DNA of 64,000 nucleotides. Source: Anaerolineaceae bacterium. GTDB taxonomy: Bacteria > Chloroflexota > Anaerolineae > Aggregatilineales > Phototrophicaceae. This document shows, one piece after another, positions 30,157 to 38,593 of the stretch. A program made the translations under genes and the position numbers. Within the stretch, counting starts at the first letter, position 1. The number at the start of each line of letters is the position of its first letter. The notes below the pieces were generated by a model. The model made no database searches, was not told where the DNA came from, and saw only the letters and a program-made list of their open reading frames with translations. The stretch spans positions 131,748 through 195,747 of the forward strand of contig NZXX01000004.1 of the NCBI GenBank assembly GCA_002702065.1, in the 5' to 3' direction.

Positions 30157-31307
30157 TACGATAGCCCGACCTCCGTTACCACCAGCGTCCCATGCAGCAC
30201 GGCATCGACATCTTCGATTGTGATACGCCGTTCATCTGCCAGTGCTTTGATCTGACGGGTCGCTTCGCGCAGGGTATCTTCGGACAACGCCAGCCCCAAA
30301 CTTGCCGCCCGGTCACGCACCGCGTTCCAGCCCACCAGCCGGTGCGCCAGATCAATGGAACGCCCGATGCCAAAATCCGCCGGGTCAATCGCTTCATAGC
30401 TGGTCGGGTTCTGCAAAACAGCGTTGGTGTGTACGCCCGCTTTATGGTGAAAGGCGGTGCGCCCGGTAATCGGCGTATTGAACGGAATCTCGATGCCGAC
30501 TTTTGCGGCAACAAGCTGCTCGACTTCGCGCAGCATGGTCAGGTCATATTTGCGCACCAGATCGCGATTGATCGTGTACAACCGTGCAATCAGCCCGCCG
30601 AGCGACGTGATGCCGTTGCGTTCGCCAATGCCCAGCACGGTGGTGTCGATATGAGTCGCACCAGCTTGTAGCGCACACAGCGCATTGGCGATGGCACAGC
30701 CGCTGTCGTTGTGCCCATGAAACTCGATGTCGCAATCGACCGCCTGACGCAAACTGCTGATCAGGTTATAGGTGCGCATCGGGTCCGCAATGCCGACTGT
30801 ATCCGCCACGCCAACGCGGTTGACCCCTTCCAGGTCCATCGCGCGGTATACGGTAAAAACATCGGCCAGATTACTGCGGAACGTATCTTCCGTGCTGAAA
30901 CGCGTTTCGATGCCCTGGCTTTTGAGCCAGACCACGATCTCGCGGCTGGTTTCGATGATCTCTTGCAGGCTGCGCCCATGACTGTACTGGCGCATGTAGG
31001 CCGATGTGCCGATATAAATATCGACTCCATCCACGCCACAATCCACTGCCAGCCGGGCCTCATCCATGCGCGCACGAATATGGGTAAGCAGGCGAAACTG
31101 ACGTGGCATCCGCGCAATCGCCCGCAGGTCTGCCTCGCTTTTCGGGCTGGCAATCGGCGTGGTCAGTTCCAGATATTCGACGCCGAACGCATCCAGCGCT
31201 GCCGCGATTTCCAGTTTGTCTTCCGTCGAGAAGTGTCCACCCTCGAATTGTTCACCTTCACGCAGGGTTGATTCGATGATATTGAACCCGGCAATTTGAT
31301 TTTGCAT
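30156..31307 (-). CDS. Homocitrate synthase (AAA lysine pathway type; LeuA/NifV family)
   Basis: IIESTLREGEQF, EFHGHNDSGCAIANA and VLGIGERNGIT motifs. From memory, it is close in length and layout to Thermus-type homocitrate synthase. The start is at ATG 31307 (MQNQIAGF). Confidence 0.85.
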   Translation of the reverse strand: MQNQIAGFNIIESTLREGEQFEGGHFSTEDKLEIAAALDAFGVEYLELTTPIASPKSEADLRAIARMPRQFRLLTHIRARMDEARLAVDCGVDGVDIYIGTSAYMRQYSHGRSLQEIIETSREIVVWLKSQGIETRFSTEDTFRSNLADVFTVYRAMDLEGVNRVGVADTVGIADPMRTYNLISSLRQAVDCDIEFHGHNDSGCAIANALCALQAGATHIDTTVLGIGERNGITSLGGLIARLYTINRDLVRKYDLTMLREVEQLVAAKVGIEIPFNTPITGRTAFHHKAGVHTNAVLQNPTSYEAIDPADFGIGRSIDLAHRLVGWNAVRDRAASLGLALSEDTLREATRQIKALADERRITIEDVDAVLHGTLVVTEVGLS

Positions 31308-31397
31308 GCATCCCTCTACTTTCGATCGTGGCAAAATAAAAGCCGCTTCCAGCAGTCCGGATAGCGGCAGGCAGCAGGCACAGCACACCTATCCAGA

Positions 31398-31448
31398 CTA
31401 TGGGTCCGGCTGCTTGCTGCACTTCGTCTTATTTTCAAAAATGGTCAT
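31398..31448 (-). CDS. Candidate lysine leader peptide 2 (16 aa, MTIFENKTKCSKQPDP)
   Basis: My own translation. GGAG lies 7 nt upstream of the AUG. There are three AAG Lys codons. The last sense codons (CCG GAC) form the 5' arm of the anti-antiterminator hairpin. Confidence 0.5.
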   Translation of the reverse strand: MTIFENKTKCSKQPDP

Positions 31449-31530
31449 TCACACGCTCCGAAAACAAAAAAACCTGCGCGGTAGTCCGGGCAGGTTCTGT
31501 TCTCTCGTCAGACAAACGAAAAAACCCGGA

Positions 31531-31584
31531 CTAGGTGTCGGGCCAGGTCTTCTTCGCCTTCTTGCTGAACATCGAACGAATCAT
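31531..31584 (-). CDS. Candidate lysine leader peptide 1 (17 aa, MIRSMFSKKAKKTWPDT)
   Basis: My own translation. There are four AAG Lys codons within five codons. The stop codon sits inside the first hairpin. The SD is weak. Confidence 0.45.
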   Translation of the reverse strand: MIRSMFSKKAKKTWPDT

Positions 31585-31826
31585 GATAGCCTGTTCTGTT
31601 CACTTTGAACGACAATAGCATACTCAACTATTGGTCAGGATGCTAGCAGCAATTTTATACAAAGTTTGTTGTGCAGTTTGCTGACTGCCCGTAAGGTACG
31701 CGAAAGTTTGAATGTGATAGGAATAATGCGAAATAATAAGCCGCTTTCAAACGGCCTGAACCTTGCGAAAAGCCAGACTATTTGTGACCGCGCCAGCCAT
31801 TCGCGCTTCAGCCATACTGGCGCTGT

Positions 31827-33773
31827 ATGTTGTCTCGAAAGGAGCACCTCTTGAAAATTTTCGTCCCTGGCCGCATCTGCCTCTTTGGTGAACACTCAGA
31901 CTGGGCCGGGGGTTATCGTCGCATTAATTCGGACATCGAAAAAGGACACGCCCTGATCGTTGGCACCAACCAGGGCATCTATGCAGACGTCGCCCCCCAC
32001 CCTGACAAACTCATCCTCACCTCCACTGCCCCTGATGGCACCATCAGCGAACCTTACGAAATCCCGATGGAACTGGATACGCTGCTGGAAGAAGCCCAGC
32101 GCGGCGGCTTCTGGAGCTATATCGCCGGGGTTGCCTATCAGGTGCTGACGCATTACCACGTGCGCGGGCTGGTCATCAACAATTATGCAACCGATATGCC
32201 GGTCAAGAAGGGCTTGTCGTCCAGCGCGGCGATCTGTGTGCTGACCGCGCGCGCCTTCAACCGGGTTTATGACCTGAAGATGACCACACGCGGCGAAATG
32301 GAAATGGCCTATCAGGGCGAGATCGTCACCCCATCGCGCTGCGGCAGGCTCGACCAGGGCTGTGCGTTCGGTGACCGCCCGGTATTGATGACCTTCGATG
32401 GTGACCGGCTGGAAACCCGCGAACTGCGCGTGACTGATGATGTTCATCTGGTCATCGTTGATCTGCACGCCCAGAAGAATACAATGGAAATTCTCGCCCG
32501 GCTCAACCGCGCCTACCCGTTTGCGGATAACGATATTGAACGCGGCGTCCAGAACCTGCTCGGCCCACTCAACAGCGAACTGCTGGACAAAGCCATTGAC
32601 GCGCTGGAAAACACCAACCCCCAGCAGCTCGGCGCGCTCATGGTTGAAGCCCAGGCGCTGTTCGACCAGTATGCCACACCCGCCTGCCCCGAAGAACTCA
32701 CGGCCCCGGTGCTGCACAAGGTGCTGAATTATGAGCCGATCAAACCCTATATCTGGGGCGGCAAGGGTGTTGGTTCGCAGGGGGATGGCACCGCCCAGTT
32801 CATCGCCCGCAGCGTAGAGGATCAGCAGACAATCATCGACATCATCGAGCGTGATCTGGGGATGTCGTGTCTCAAACTGACGATTCACGCCGGGGCGCAG
32901 GTGCGCAAGGCCGTGATCCCAGCCGCCGGTTTTGGCACGCGTCTATTCCCGGCGACCAAAGCCACCAAGAAGGAACTATTCCCGGTCGTGGACCGCGACG
33001 GCATTGCCAAGCCTGCCATCCTCATCATCGTCGAGGAAGCGCTCGAAGCCGGGCTGGATGAAGTCTATATCATCGTCCAGGAAGAGGACTTGCCGGATTT
33101 CCGCGAGTTCTTCAACGTGCAGGTGTCCATCGAAAATTACAACAAGCTTCCACCCCACTTTCAGGATTATTCGCGTCGCTTGCTGGAGATGGGCCGCAAA
33201 GTCAAGTTTATCGTGCAGGATAAGCAGCAGGGCCTGGGCCACGCCCTCTACATGGCGCACGAGGCCATCGGCAACGAGCCATTCCTGCTGATGCTGGGCG
33301 ACCACATCTACCGCAACAATGGCGACCGTTCCTGCGCCCGTCAACTGCTCGACGCCTATAACCAGCACGGCACCAGCGTCATTGGTTTACGGCGCACCCC
33401 GGAAGACCAGATCGCCAACTTCGGCACGGTGACAGGCCGCTGGATCGAACCGGGCGAACTGCTGCACATTACCGAGTTTGTGGAAAAACCGGCGCTGGAA
33501 TATGCCCGGATGAACTTGCGTGTCCCCAGCCTCGGCGATGACGAGTACCTGACCGTGTTCGGCCAGTACATCATCAAGCCGCAGATTTTCCAGTACCTTG
33601 AGGAACATATCGAAAACAATGTGCGCGAACGGGGTGAATTCCAGCTGACTTCGGCGCTGGACCGGCTGCGGCGCGAGGATGGCTTCATGGGGCTGATGAT
33701 GGACGGCCAGCGCTTCGACATCGGCCTGCCAGATTATTACCTCGAAACGCTGCGCAACTTTCGCGAAGGGTAA
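31827..33773 (+). CDS. Fusion protein: galactokinase-like GHMP sugar kinase (N) + GalU-like sugar-1-phosphate nucleotidyltransferase (C)
   Basis: The N-terminal half has GRICLFGEHSDWAGGY (galactokinase-type motif I) and PVKKGLSSSAAICV (GHMP motif II). The C-terminal half has KAVIPAAGFGTRLFPATKATKKELFPVVD and LLMLGDHIY, which are GalU/NTP-transferase-like. The true start may be the TTG at 31851, after AAGGAG. Confidence 0.85.
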   Translation: MLSRKEHLLKIFVPGRICLFGEHSDWAGGYRRINSDIEKGHALIVGTNQGIYADVAPHPDKLILTSTAPDGTISEPYEIPMELDTLLEEAQRGGFWSYIAGVAYQVLTHYHVRGLVINNYATDMPVKKGLSSSAAICVLTARAFNRVYDLKMTTRGEMEMAYQGEIVTPSRCGRLDQGCAFGDRPVLMTFDGDRLETRELRVTDDVHLVIVDLHAQKNTMEILARLNRAYPFADNDIERGVQNLLGPLNSELLDKAIDALENTNPQQLGALMVEAQALFDQYATPACPEELTAPVLHKVLNYEPIKPYIWGGKGVGSQGDGTAQFIARSVEDQQTIIDIIERDLGMSCLKLTIHAGAQVRKAVIPAAGFGTRLFPATKATKKELFPVVDRDGIAKPAILIIVEEALEAGLDEVYIIVQEEDLPDFREFFNVQVSIENYNKLPPHFQDYSRRLLEMGRKVKFIVQDKQQGLGHALYMAHEAIGNEPFLLMLGDHIYRNNGDRSCARQLLDAYNQHGTSVIGLRRTPEDQIANFGTVTGRWIEPGELLHITEFVEKPALEYARMNLRVPSLGDDEYLTVFGQYIIKPQIFQYLEEHIENNVRERGEFQLTSALDRLRREDGFMGLMMDGQRFDIGLPDYYLETLRNFREG

Positions 33774-33907
33774 TGGTTCTAGCGACAACCAGACAGGCAC
33801 ATTACAATTTACAGAATCATGTGGCGAGGGCGCATCACACTTGCGCCCTCATGCTTGATCACATGCTGTTTTTGCAGGCCACAAATTTCTTACGAAAGGA
33901 TTTTTTG

Positions 33908-35074
33908 ATGAAAATTACAGGCGTGCGCACACGCATCTACGAAACCCAGATGAACCGCTGGCTGGGCGACGCCAATAACCCCGGTGGCTGGAATCGCCTG
34001 ATCGCCGTGATCGTCAACATCGACACGGACGAGGGCATCAGCGGCATGTCGCTGGGCAGCGTGAGCGCCATCAACCACATTCACGGCATCGTCAACGGCC
34101 TGCTGGCTGGTCAGGACCCGCGTGGGGTACGCGGCCTGTGGCAGAAAATGAACGACGAAGCCTTCAAGGCAGGCAATCGGGGCATCGTCGGCGATGCGAT
34201 CTCGGCCATTGATGTCGCGCTGTGGGACCTGAAGGCCAAAGCCAACAACGAACCGCTGTGGAAGACGCTTGGTGCATCCGAACGACGCGTGCGGGCGTAT
34301 GCCAGCGGGCTGGATATGCCGCTTTCGGACGACGACCTGCGCACCTTCTATGAAGGCATGGCCGCCAAAGGCATCGCAGCGGGCAAGCTGAAAGTTGGCC
34401 TCAACCGCGAGGATGACCTGCGCCGCCTCGGCATCATGCACGACGCGCTGGCCACATCCGGCAAGCAGCCGCAGCTCATGATCGACTCGAATGAATACTG
34501 GTCGCCCAAGCAGGCGATCGCCCATATCCGCGAGATTGAACGCCATTACGAACTGCTGTGGGCCGAAGAACCCGCCCGCCGCTGGGACTATCGCGGACTG
34601 CGGCAGGTCTCGCAGAATGTGACAACCGCCGTCGCAACCGGCGAAAACCTTGATGAGTTGCAGGAATTCACCGATCTGGTGGCGAATGAAGCCGTCGATA
34701 TGATCAACGTGGGTGCAGGGTCCGGCGGCATCACCGGCATGTTGCAGATCGCCGACCTCGCCTACGCCTTCGACCTGCCCGTCACGCTGATGAACTGCGC
34801 CGCCAATTACACCGCGCATGTGGCTGCTGTCCTGCCCAATCACACGCACATGGAAGTGCTGAATGCCGGGCGCGCCTACGCCATGAAGGTCGACAATCAT
34901 ATCGAAGATGGCTGGATTATTCTGGGCGATAAACCGGGCCTGGGCATCGAATATGATGAGGCTTTGCTGGCCCCGCTGCTGGTCGATCAGCCATCACCAG
35001 CGCCGCGTTCTGGCCGCCGGGTTGGGGCTGCACTGTATCAGGTTCCGGCAGACCCATCCGAGCTCGAACACTAA
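33908..35074 (+). CDS. Enolase-superfamily enzyme (mandelate racemase/acid-sugar dehydratase subgroup)
   Basis: KxK motif (GKLKVG) and putative metal ligands in MIDSNE, WAEEP and ATGENL. The start is at ATG 33908 (MKITGVRTRIYE). Confidence 0.85.
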   Translation: MKITGVRTRIYETQMNRWLGDANNPGGWNRLIAVIVNIDTDEGISGMSLGSVSAINHIHGIVNGLLAGQDPRGVRGLWQKMNDEAFKAGNRGIVGDAISAIDVALWDLKAKANNEPLWKTLGASERRVRAYASGLDMPLSDDDLRTFYEGMAAKGIAAGKLKVGLNREDDLRRLGIMHDALATSGKQPQLMIDSNEYWSPKQAIAHIREIERHYELLWAEEPARRWDYRGLRQVSQNVTTAVATGENLDELQEFTDLVANEAVDMINVGAGSGGITGMLQIADLAYAFDLPVTLMNCAANYTAHVAAVLPNHTHMEVLNAGRAYAMKVDNHIEDGWIILGDKPGLGIEYDEALLAPLLVDQPSPAPRSGRRVGAALYQVPADPSELEH

Positions 35075-35193
35075 TCCGCCAGGCACTCTTGGAGAAACCG
35101 TAACAACGGTTATACTTACCGGTTGTCGGGGTAAAAATCATACCCGCCAGTGGTTTGTTTCGTCACCAGAATCAGGATTGAGGAGTTGCTCCC

Positions 35194-36201
35194 ATGCACA
35201 AGACAGCGTTTGTCGGCTGTGCCCACATTCACACCTCCGGCTTCATCAAGCGCGTGAACGACCGTTCCGATGTCAGTGCCAAATACGTCTGGGACCATGA
35301 CGTCGACCGGGCCGAAAAACGTGCTCAGGAACTGGGCGCGGCGCGGGTCGCGGAACTCAGCGAAATCTGGAATGACCCGGAAGTCGAGTCGGTGGTTATC
35401 TGCGCCGAAACCCGGCTGCACGAAAACCTGGTCAAGTACGCCGCCGCATCCAAAAAGCACATGTTTGTCGAAAAGCCGCTGGGCATGGGCGCGAAGGATG
35501 CCTACGAAATGGCCCGCGTCATTGACGATGCCGGGGTGCTGTTCCAGACTGGCTATTTCATGCGGGGTAGTTCGGTGCATCAATTCCTGCGCCAGCAAAT
35601 TCAGAACGGCAGCTTCGGTAAAATCACGCGGCTGCGCCACACCAACTTTCATTCCGGCTCGCTGGGCGACTGGTTCACCCCGGAGTGGCTGTGGATGACC
35701 GACCTTGAACAAGCGGGAATCGGCGGTTTTGGTGATCTCGGTACACACTCGCTCGATATCATGATGTGGCTGCTGGGCGACGTCAAACGCGTCACCGCAG
35801 AGATCGCTGCCGTCACCGGTATCTACGGCGACCTCGACGAAACCGGCGAAGCGCTGCTCAAGTTTGAAAACGGTGTCATCGGCAGTCTGGGCGGGGGTTG
35901 GGTCGATGTCGCCCATCCGGTTGGCGTCATCCTTAGCGGTACGGAAGGCCATGCGTATGTCGTCAACCGCGACACGCTGTATTTCAAGAGTGAGCATGTC
36001 GACGGGGCCGATGGCGAATCGCCCTGGACCGACCTGCCGGAAGCCTGGCCGCACGCCTTTGAATTGTTCTTTGACGCGGTCAACGGTAAAGATGGCGTCT
36101 CACTGGTCAGGCCGCAGGAAGCTGCCGCCCGCAGTGCCGTCATGGAAGCTTTGTATCAGGCGGCCAATGAACAAACCTGGGTCGAACCGGTTAAGGAATA
36201 A
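35194..36201 (+). CDS. Gfo/Idh/MocA family oxidoreductase
   Basis: 335 aa. The N-terminus is FVGCAHIHTSGF, with a VEKPLG motif. Confidence 0.85.
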   Translation: MHKTAFVGCAHIHTSGFIKRVNDRSDVSAKYVWDHDVDRAEKRAQELGAARVAELSEIWNDPEVESVVICAETRLHENLVKYAAASKKHMFVEKPLGMGAKDAYEMARVIDDAGVLFQTGYFMRGSSVHQFLRQQIQNGSFGKITRLRHTNFHSGSLGDWFTPEWLWMTDLEQAGIGGFGDLGTHSLDIMMWLLGDVKRVTAEIAAVTGIYGDLDETGEALLKFENGVIGSLGGGWVDVAHPVGVILSGTEGHAYVVNRDTLYFKSEHVDGADGESPWTDLPEAWPHAFELFFDAVNGKDGVSLVRPQEAAARSAVMEALYQAANEQTWVEPVKE

Positions 36202-36361
36202 ATGCAAAGCCTGCGAGGCTTTCACCAGCGCGTCAGCGATCAGTCATCAGCGATCAGAATGCGGACTGTGCAAGCTTGCAGCCATCCACTGAACACTGAG
36301 GACTTTTGAACTGTTTTTATTCAATGCATAAATGCACAGTACCAAATAGGAGATTTTTATC

Positions 36362-37411
36362 ATGACTTTGAAAGTTGGCGTTATCGGTGTCGGCGGCATC
36401 GCCCGTGTCCACATGCCGGGTTGGGCGGCCTCCGAGCACGCGGAAGCCATTGCCGGGTGCGACCTCGATGAAGCCGTGCTGCAAAAATGGGGCAAAGAGC
36501 ATGGCATCACGCGTCTGACCACCAAGGCGGAAGACCTGTTTAGCGACCCCGACATCGACATCATCGACATCATCACCCCCAACATGTACCACGCACCGCT
36601 GGCGATTGCCGCGATGGAAGCGGGCAAAGACGTCATCTGCGAAAAGCCGCTGGCACCCACCCCGGATGATATTCGCCGGATGATCGAAGCCCGTGACCGC
36701 ACCGGCAAGATGTTGATGACCGCGCAGCACTTCCGCTTCAAAGGCAACTCACGTGCGATGAAAGCGGAAATTGACGCGGGCGCACTGGGCGATGTGTATC
36801 ACGCTCGAAGCTGGATGCTGCGCCGCGATGGTCTGCCCATTCGCCCCGGTTTCCTGCTGAAGCAGCACAGCGGCGGCGGCGCCACCATCGACATTGGCGT
36901 GCATATCCTTGACCTGACGCTGTGGATGATGGGCAATCCCAAGCCGATTTCCGTGACCGGCGTGGCCCGCACCGAACTGGGCAAGCTGCCCGGCGCCTTC
37001 ACCCGCTGGGGCGACGTACCGGATTTCATGGATGTTGAAGAAACGGCCCTCGCCTTTGTCCGCTTTGAAAACGGCGCGACGATGGTGCTGGAAGTCAGCT
37101 GGATGATTCACCACGATACCCAGGGCGAAGACATGCAGATGTGGCTGTATGGCACCAAAGGCGGCAGCCACTGGCCCGTCTGCAATATCTACTCCACCAA
37201 CTACGAAACACGCCAGCAGTATAACCTGACGCTGCAAAAAACCGCCGACATCATGGAGCCGCACGCGCTCGAATGTGTCGAGTTTGCCAGAGCAGTGGCC
37301 GAGGGCGCGCCGTCGCCGGTACCAGCGGAGCAGTCCCTTCAGGTGCTGACGATTCTGGATGGCATTTATCGCAGCCAGCAAACTGGCGGCGAAGTTCGTC
37401 TCGATTCATAA
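36362..37411 (+). CDS. Gfo/Idh/MocA family oxidoreductase (paralogue A)
   Basis: MTLKVGVIGVGGIARVH Rossmann segment and a CEKPLA motif. Confidence 0.9.
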   Translation: MTLKVGVIGVGGIARVHMPGWAASEHAEAIAGCDLDEAVLQKWGKEHGITRLTTKAEDLFSDPDIDIIDIITPNMYHAPLAIAAMEAGKDVICEKPLAPTPDDIRRMIEARDRTGKMLMTAQHFRFKGNSRAMKAEIDAGALGDVYHARSWMLRRDGLPIRPGFLLKQHSGGGATIDIGVHILDLTLWMMGNPKPISVTGVARTELGKLPGAFTRWGDVPDFMDVEETALAFVRFENGATMVLEVSWMIHHDTQGEDMQMWLYGTKGGSHWPVCNIYSTNYETRQQYNLTLQKTADIMEPHALECVEFARAVAEGAPSPVPAEQSLQVLTILDGIYRSQQTGGEVRLDS

Positions 37412-37427
37412 GGAGCTAGAAACATTT

Positions 37428-38480
37428 ATGACTCTGAAAGTCGGCATCATCGGTGTCGGCGGAATCGTCCGTGCCCACATGCCCGGCTGGGCGGCGTCCG
37501 ACCTTGCGGAAGTGGTCGCTGGCAGCGACATTAACGAGGCCACGCTGCAAAAATGGGGGCGGGATCACGGCGTCCAGAAACTTTACAGCCAGGCCGAGGA
37601 CATCATCAATGACCCCGGCATCGACATTATCGATGTGTGCACGCCCAATCGCTATCATGCCCCGCTGACTATCGCGGCGCTGCGGGCCGGCAAGCATGTC
37701 ATCTGCGAAAAGCCGCTGGCCCCCACCCCCGGCGAAATCCGGGAGATGATCGCGGCGCGTGATGCGTCCGGCAAAATGCTGATGACCGCGCAGCACTTCC
37801 GCTTCAAAGGCAACTCGCGGGCGCTGAAAGCGGAAATCGAGTGTGGGGCGCTGGGCGACATCTATCATGCCCGCAGCTGGATGCTGCGCCGGGCCGCCTA
37901 CTTGCCGGGGCCAGGCTTTGTGCTCAAGCAGCACAGCGGCGGCGGCGCCACCATCGACATTGGCGTGCATATCCTCGACCTGACGCTGTGGATGCTGGGC
38001 AACCCGAAACCGGTCGCCGTCAGCGGCGTGGCCCGCAGCGACCTGGCCCATCTGCCGGGACAGTTCAGCATCTGGTCGCCCAATCCGGTTCCGCCTGATT
38101 GGGATGTCGAGGAATTCGCGGCGGCGTTTGTCCGCTTTGAGAACGGCGCGACATTGGTGCTCGAAGTCAGCTGGCTGCTGCACCACGATACACCGGGGGA
38201 AGACATGCAGATGTGGCTGTATGGCACCAGAGGCGGCAGTCACTGGCCGGGCTGCAACATCTACACCACCAACTATGAAACGCGCCAGCAGTATAACCTG
38301 ACGCTGCAAAAAACCGCCGACATCATGGAGCCGCACGCGCTCGAATGTGTCGAGTTTGCGCAGGCGATTGTCGATGGCGCCCCCTCACCCGTACCAGCGG
38401 AGCATTCGCTGCAAGTACTGACGATTCTCGACGGCATTTATCGCAGCCAGGAATCCGGCCATGAGGTCAGTCTGCTTTAG
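37428..38480 (+). CDS. Gfo/Idh/MocA family oxidoreductase (paralogue B, tandem duplicate of 36362..37411)
   Basis: MTLKVGIIGVGGIVRAH Rossmann segment and a CEKPLA motif. It is collinear with the upstream gene and very similar to it. The start is at ATG 37428, after AAGGAG. Confidence 0.9.
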   Translation: MTLKVGIIGVGGIVRAHMPGWAASDLAEVVAGSDINEATLQKWGRDHGVQKLYSQAEDIINDPGIDIIDVCTPNRYHAPLTIAALRAGKHVICEKPLAPTPGEIREMIAARDASGKMLMTAQHFRFKGNSRALKAEIECGALGDIYHARSWMLRRAAYLPGPGFVLKQHSGGGATIDIGVHILDLTLWMLGNPKPVAVSGVARSDLAHLPGQFSIWSPNPVPPDWDVEEFAAAFVRFENGATLVLEVSWLLHHDTPGEDMQMWLYGTRGGSHWPGCNIYTTNYETRQQYNLTLQKTADIMEPHALECVEFAQAIVDGAPSPVPAEHSLQVLTILDGIYRSQESGHEVSLL

Positions 38481-38507
38481 GCCTCTGCGCTGCACAACGA
38501 TGCACAA

Positions 38508-38531
38508 AAGGGCGCGTTGCTGCGCCCTTTA
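38508..38531 (+). terminator. Possible terminator hairpin after the oxidoreductase pair
   Basis: AAGGGCGC-gttgct-GCGCCCTT followed by a short T-tract (TAT). Confidence 0.4.
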
Positions 38532-38593
38532 TCCAGATGAACCCGCCTGTCTGAAGAAACACCACCACCTGAACGTTGCGAAAAAGGGAGTTT

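Larger units (their letters stand above)
31333..31600 (-). promoter_or_regulatory. 5' leader with two serial leader-peptide attenuator modules
   Basis: Three GC hairpins are each followed by a U-run on the minus strand, at ~31545-31520, ~31497-31461 and 31368-31333. Alternative pairings are also present. Details are in the findings. Confidence 0.6.

Noticed and set aside
31308-31600. Possibility that the hcs leader is a lysine (L-box) riboswitch or a T-box
   Set aside because: I could not recognise the conserved L-box core or a T-box sequence or specifier layout. The mini-ORF plus alternative-hairpin architecture explains the structure better.
31635-31895. 86-aa minus-strand ORF overlapping the start of the kinase/nucleotidyltransferase gene
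   Set aside because: It lies in the divergent promoter region, overlaps a well-supported gene start, and has an odd Leu/Arg/Phe-rich composition with no motif.
35096-35111. Inverted repeat AACCGT-aaca-ACGGTT between the enolase-family gene and the first oxidoreductase, considered as a LacI/GntR-type operator
   Set aside because: It has only 6-bp arms, no regulator gene is nearby, and no second copy occurs in the locus. The evidence is too weak to call.
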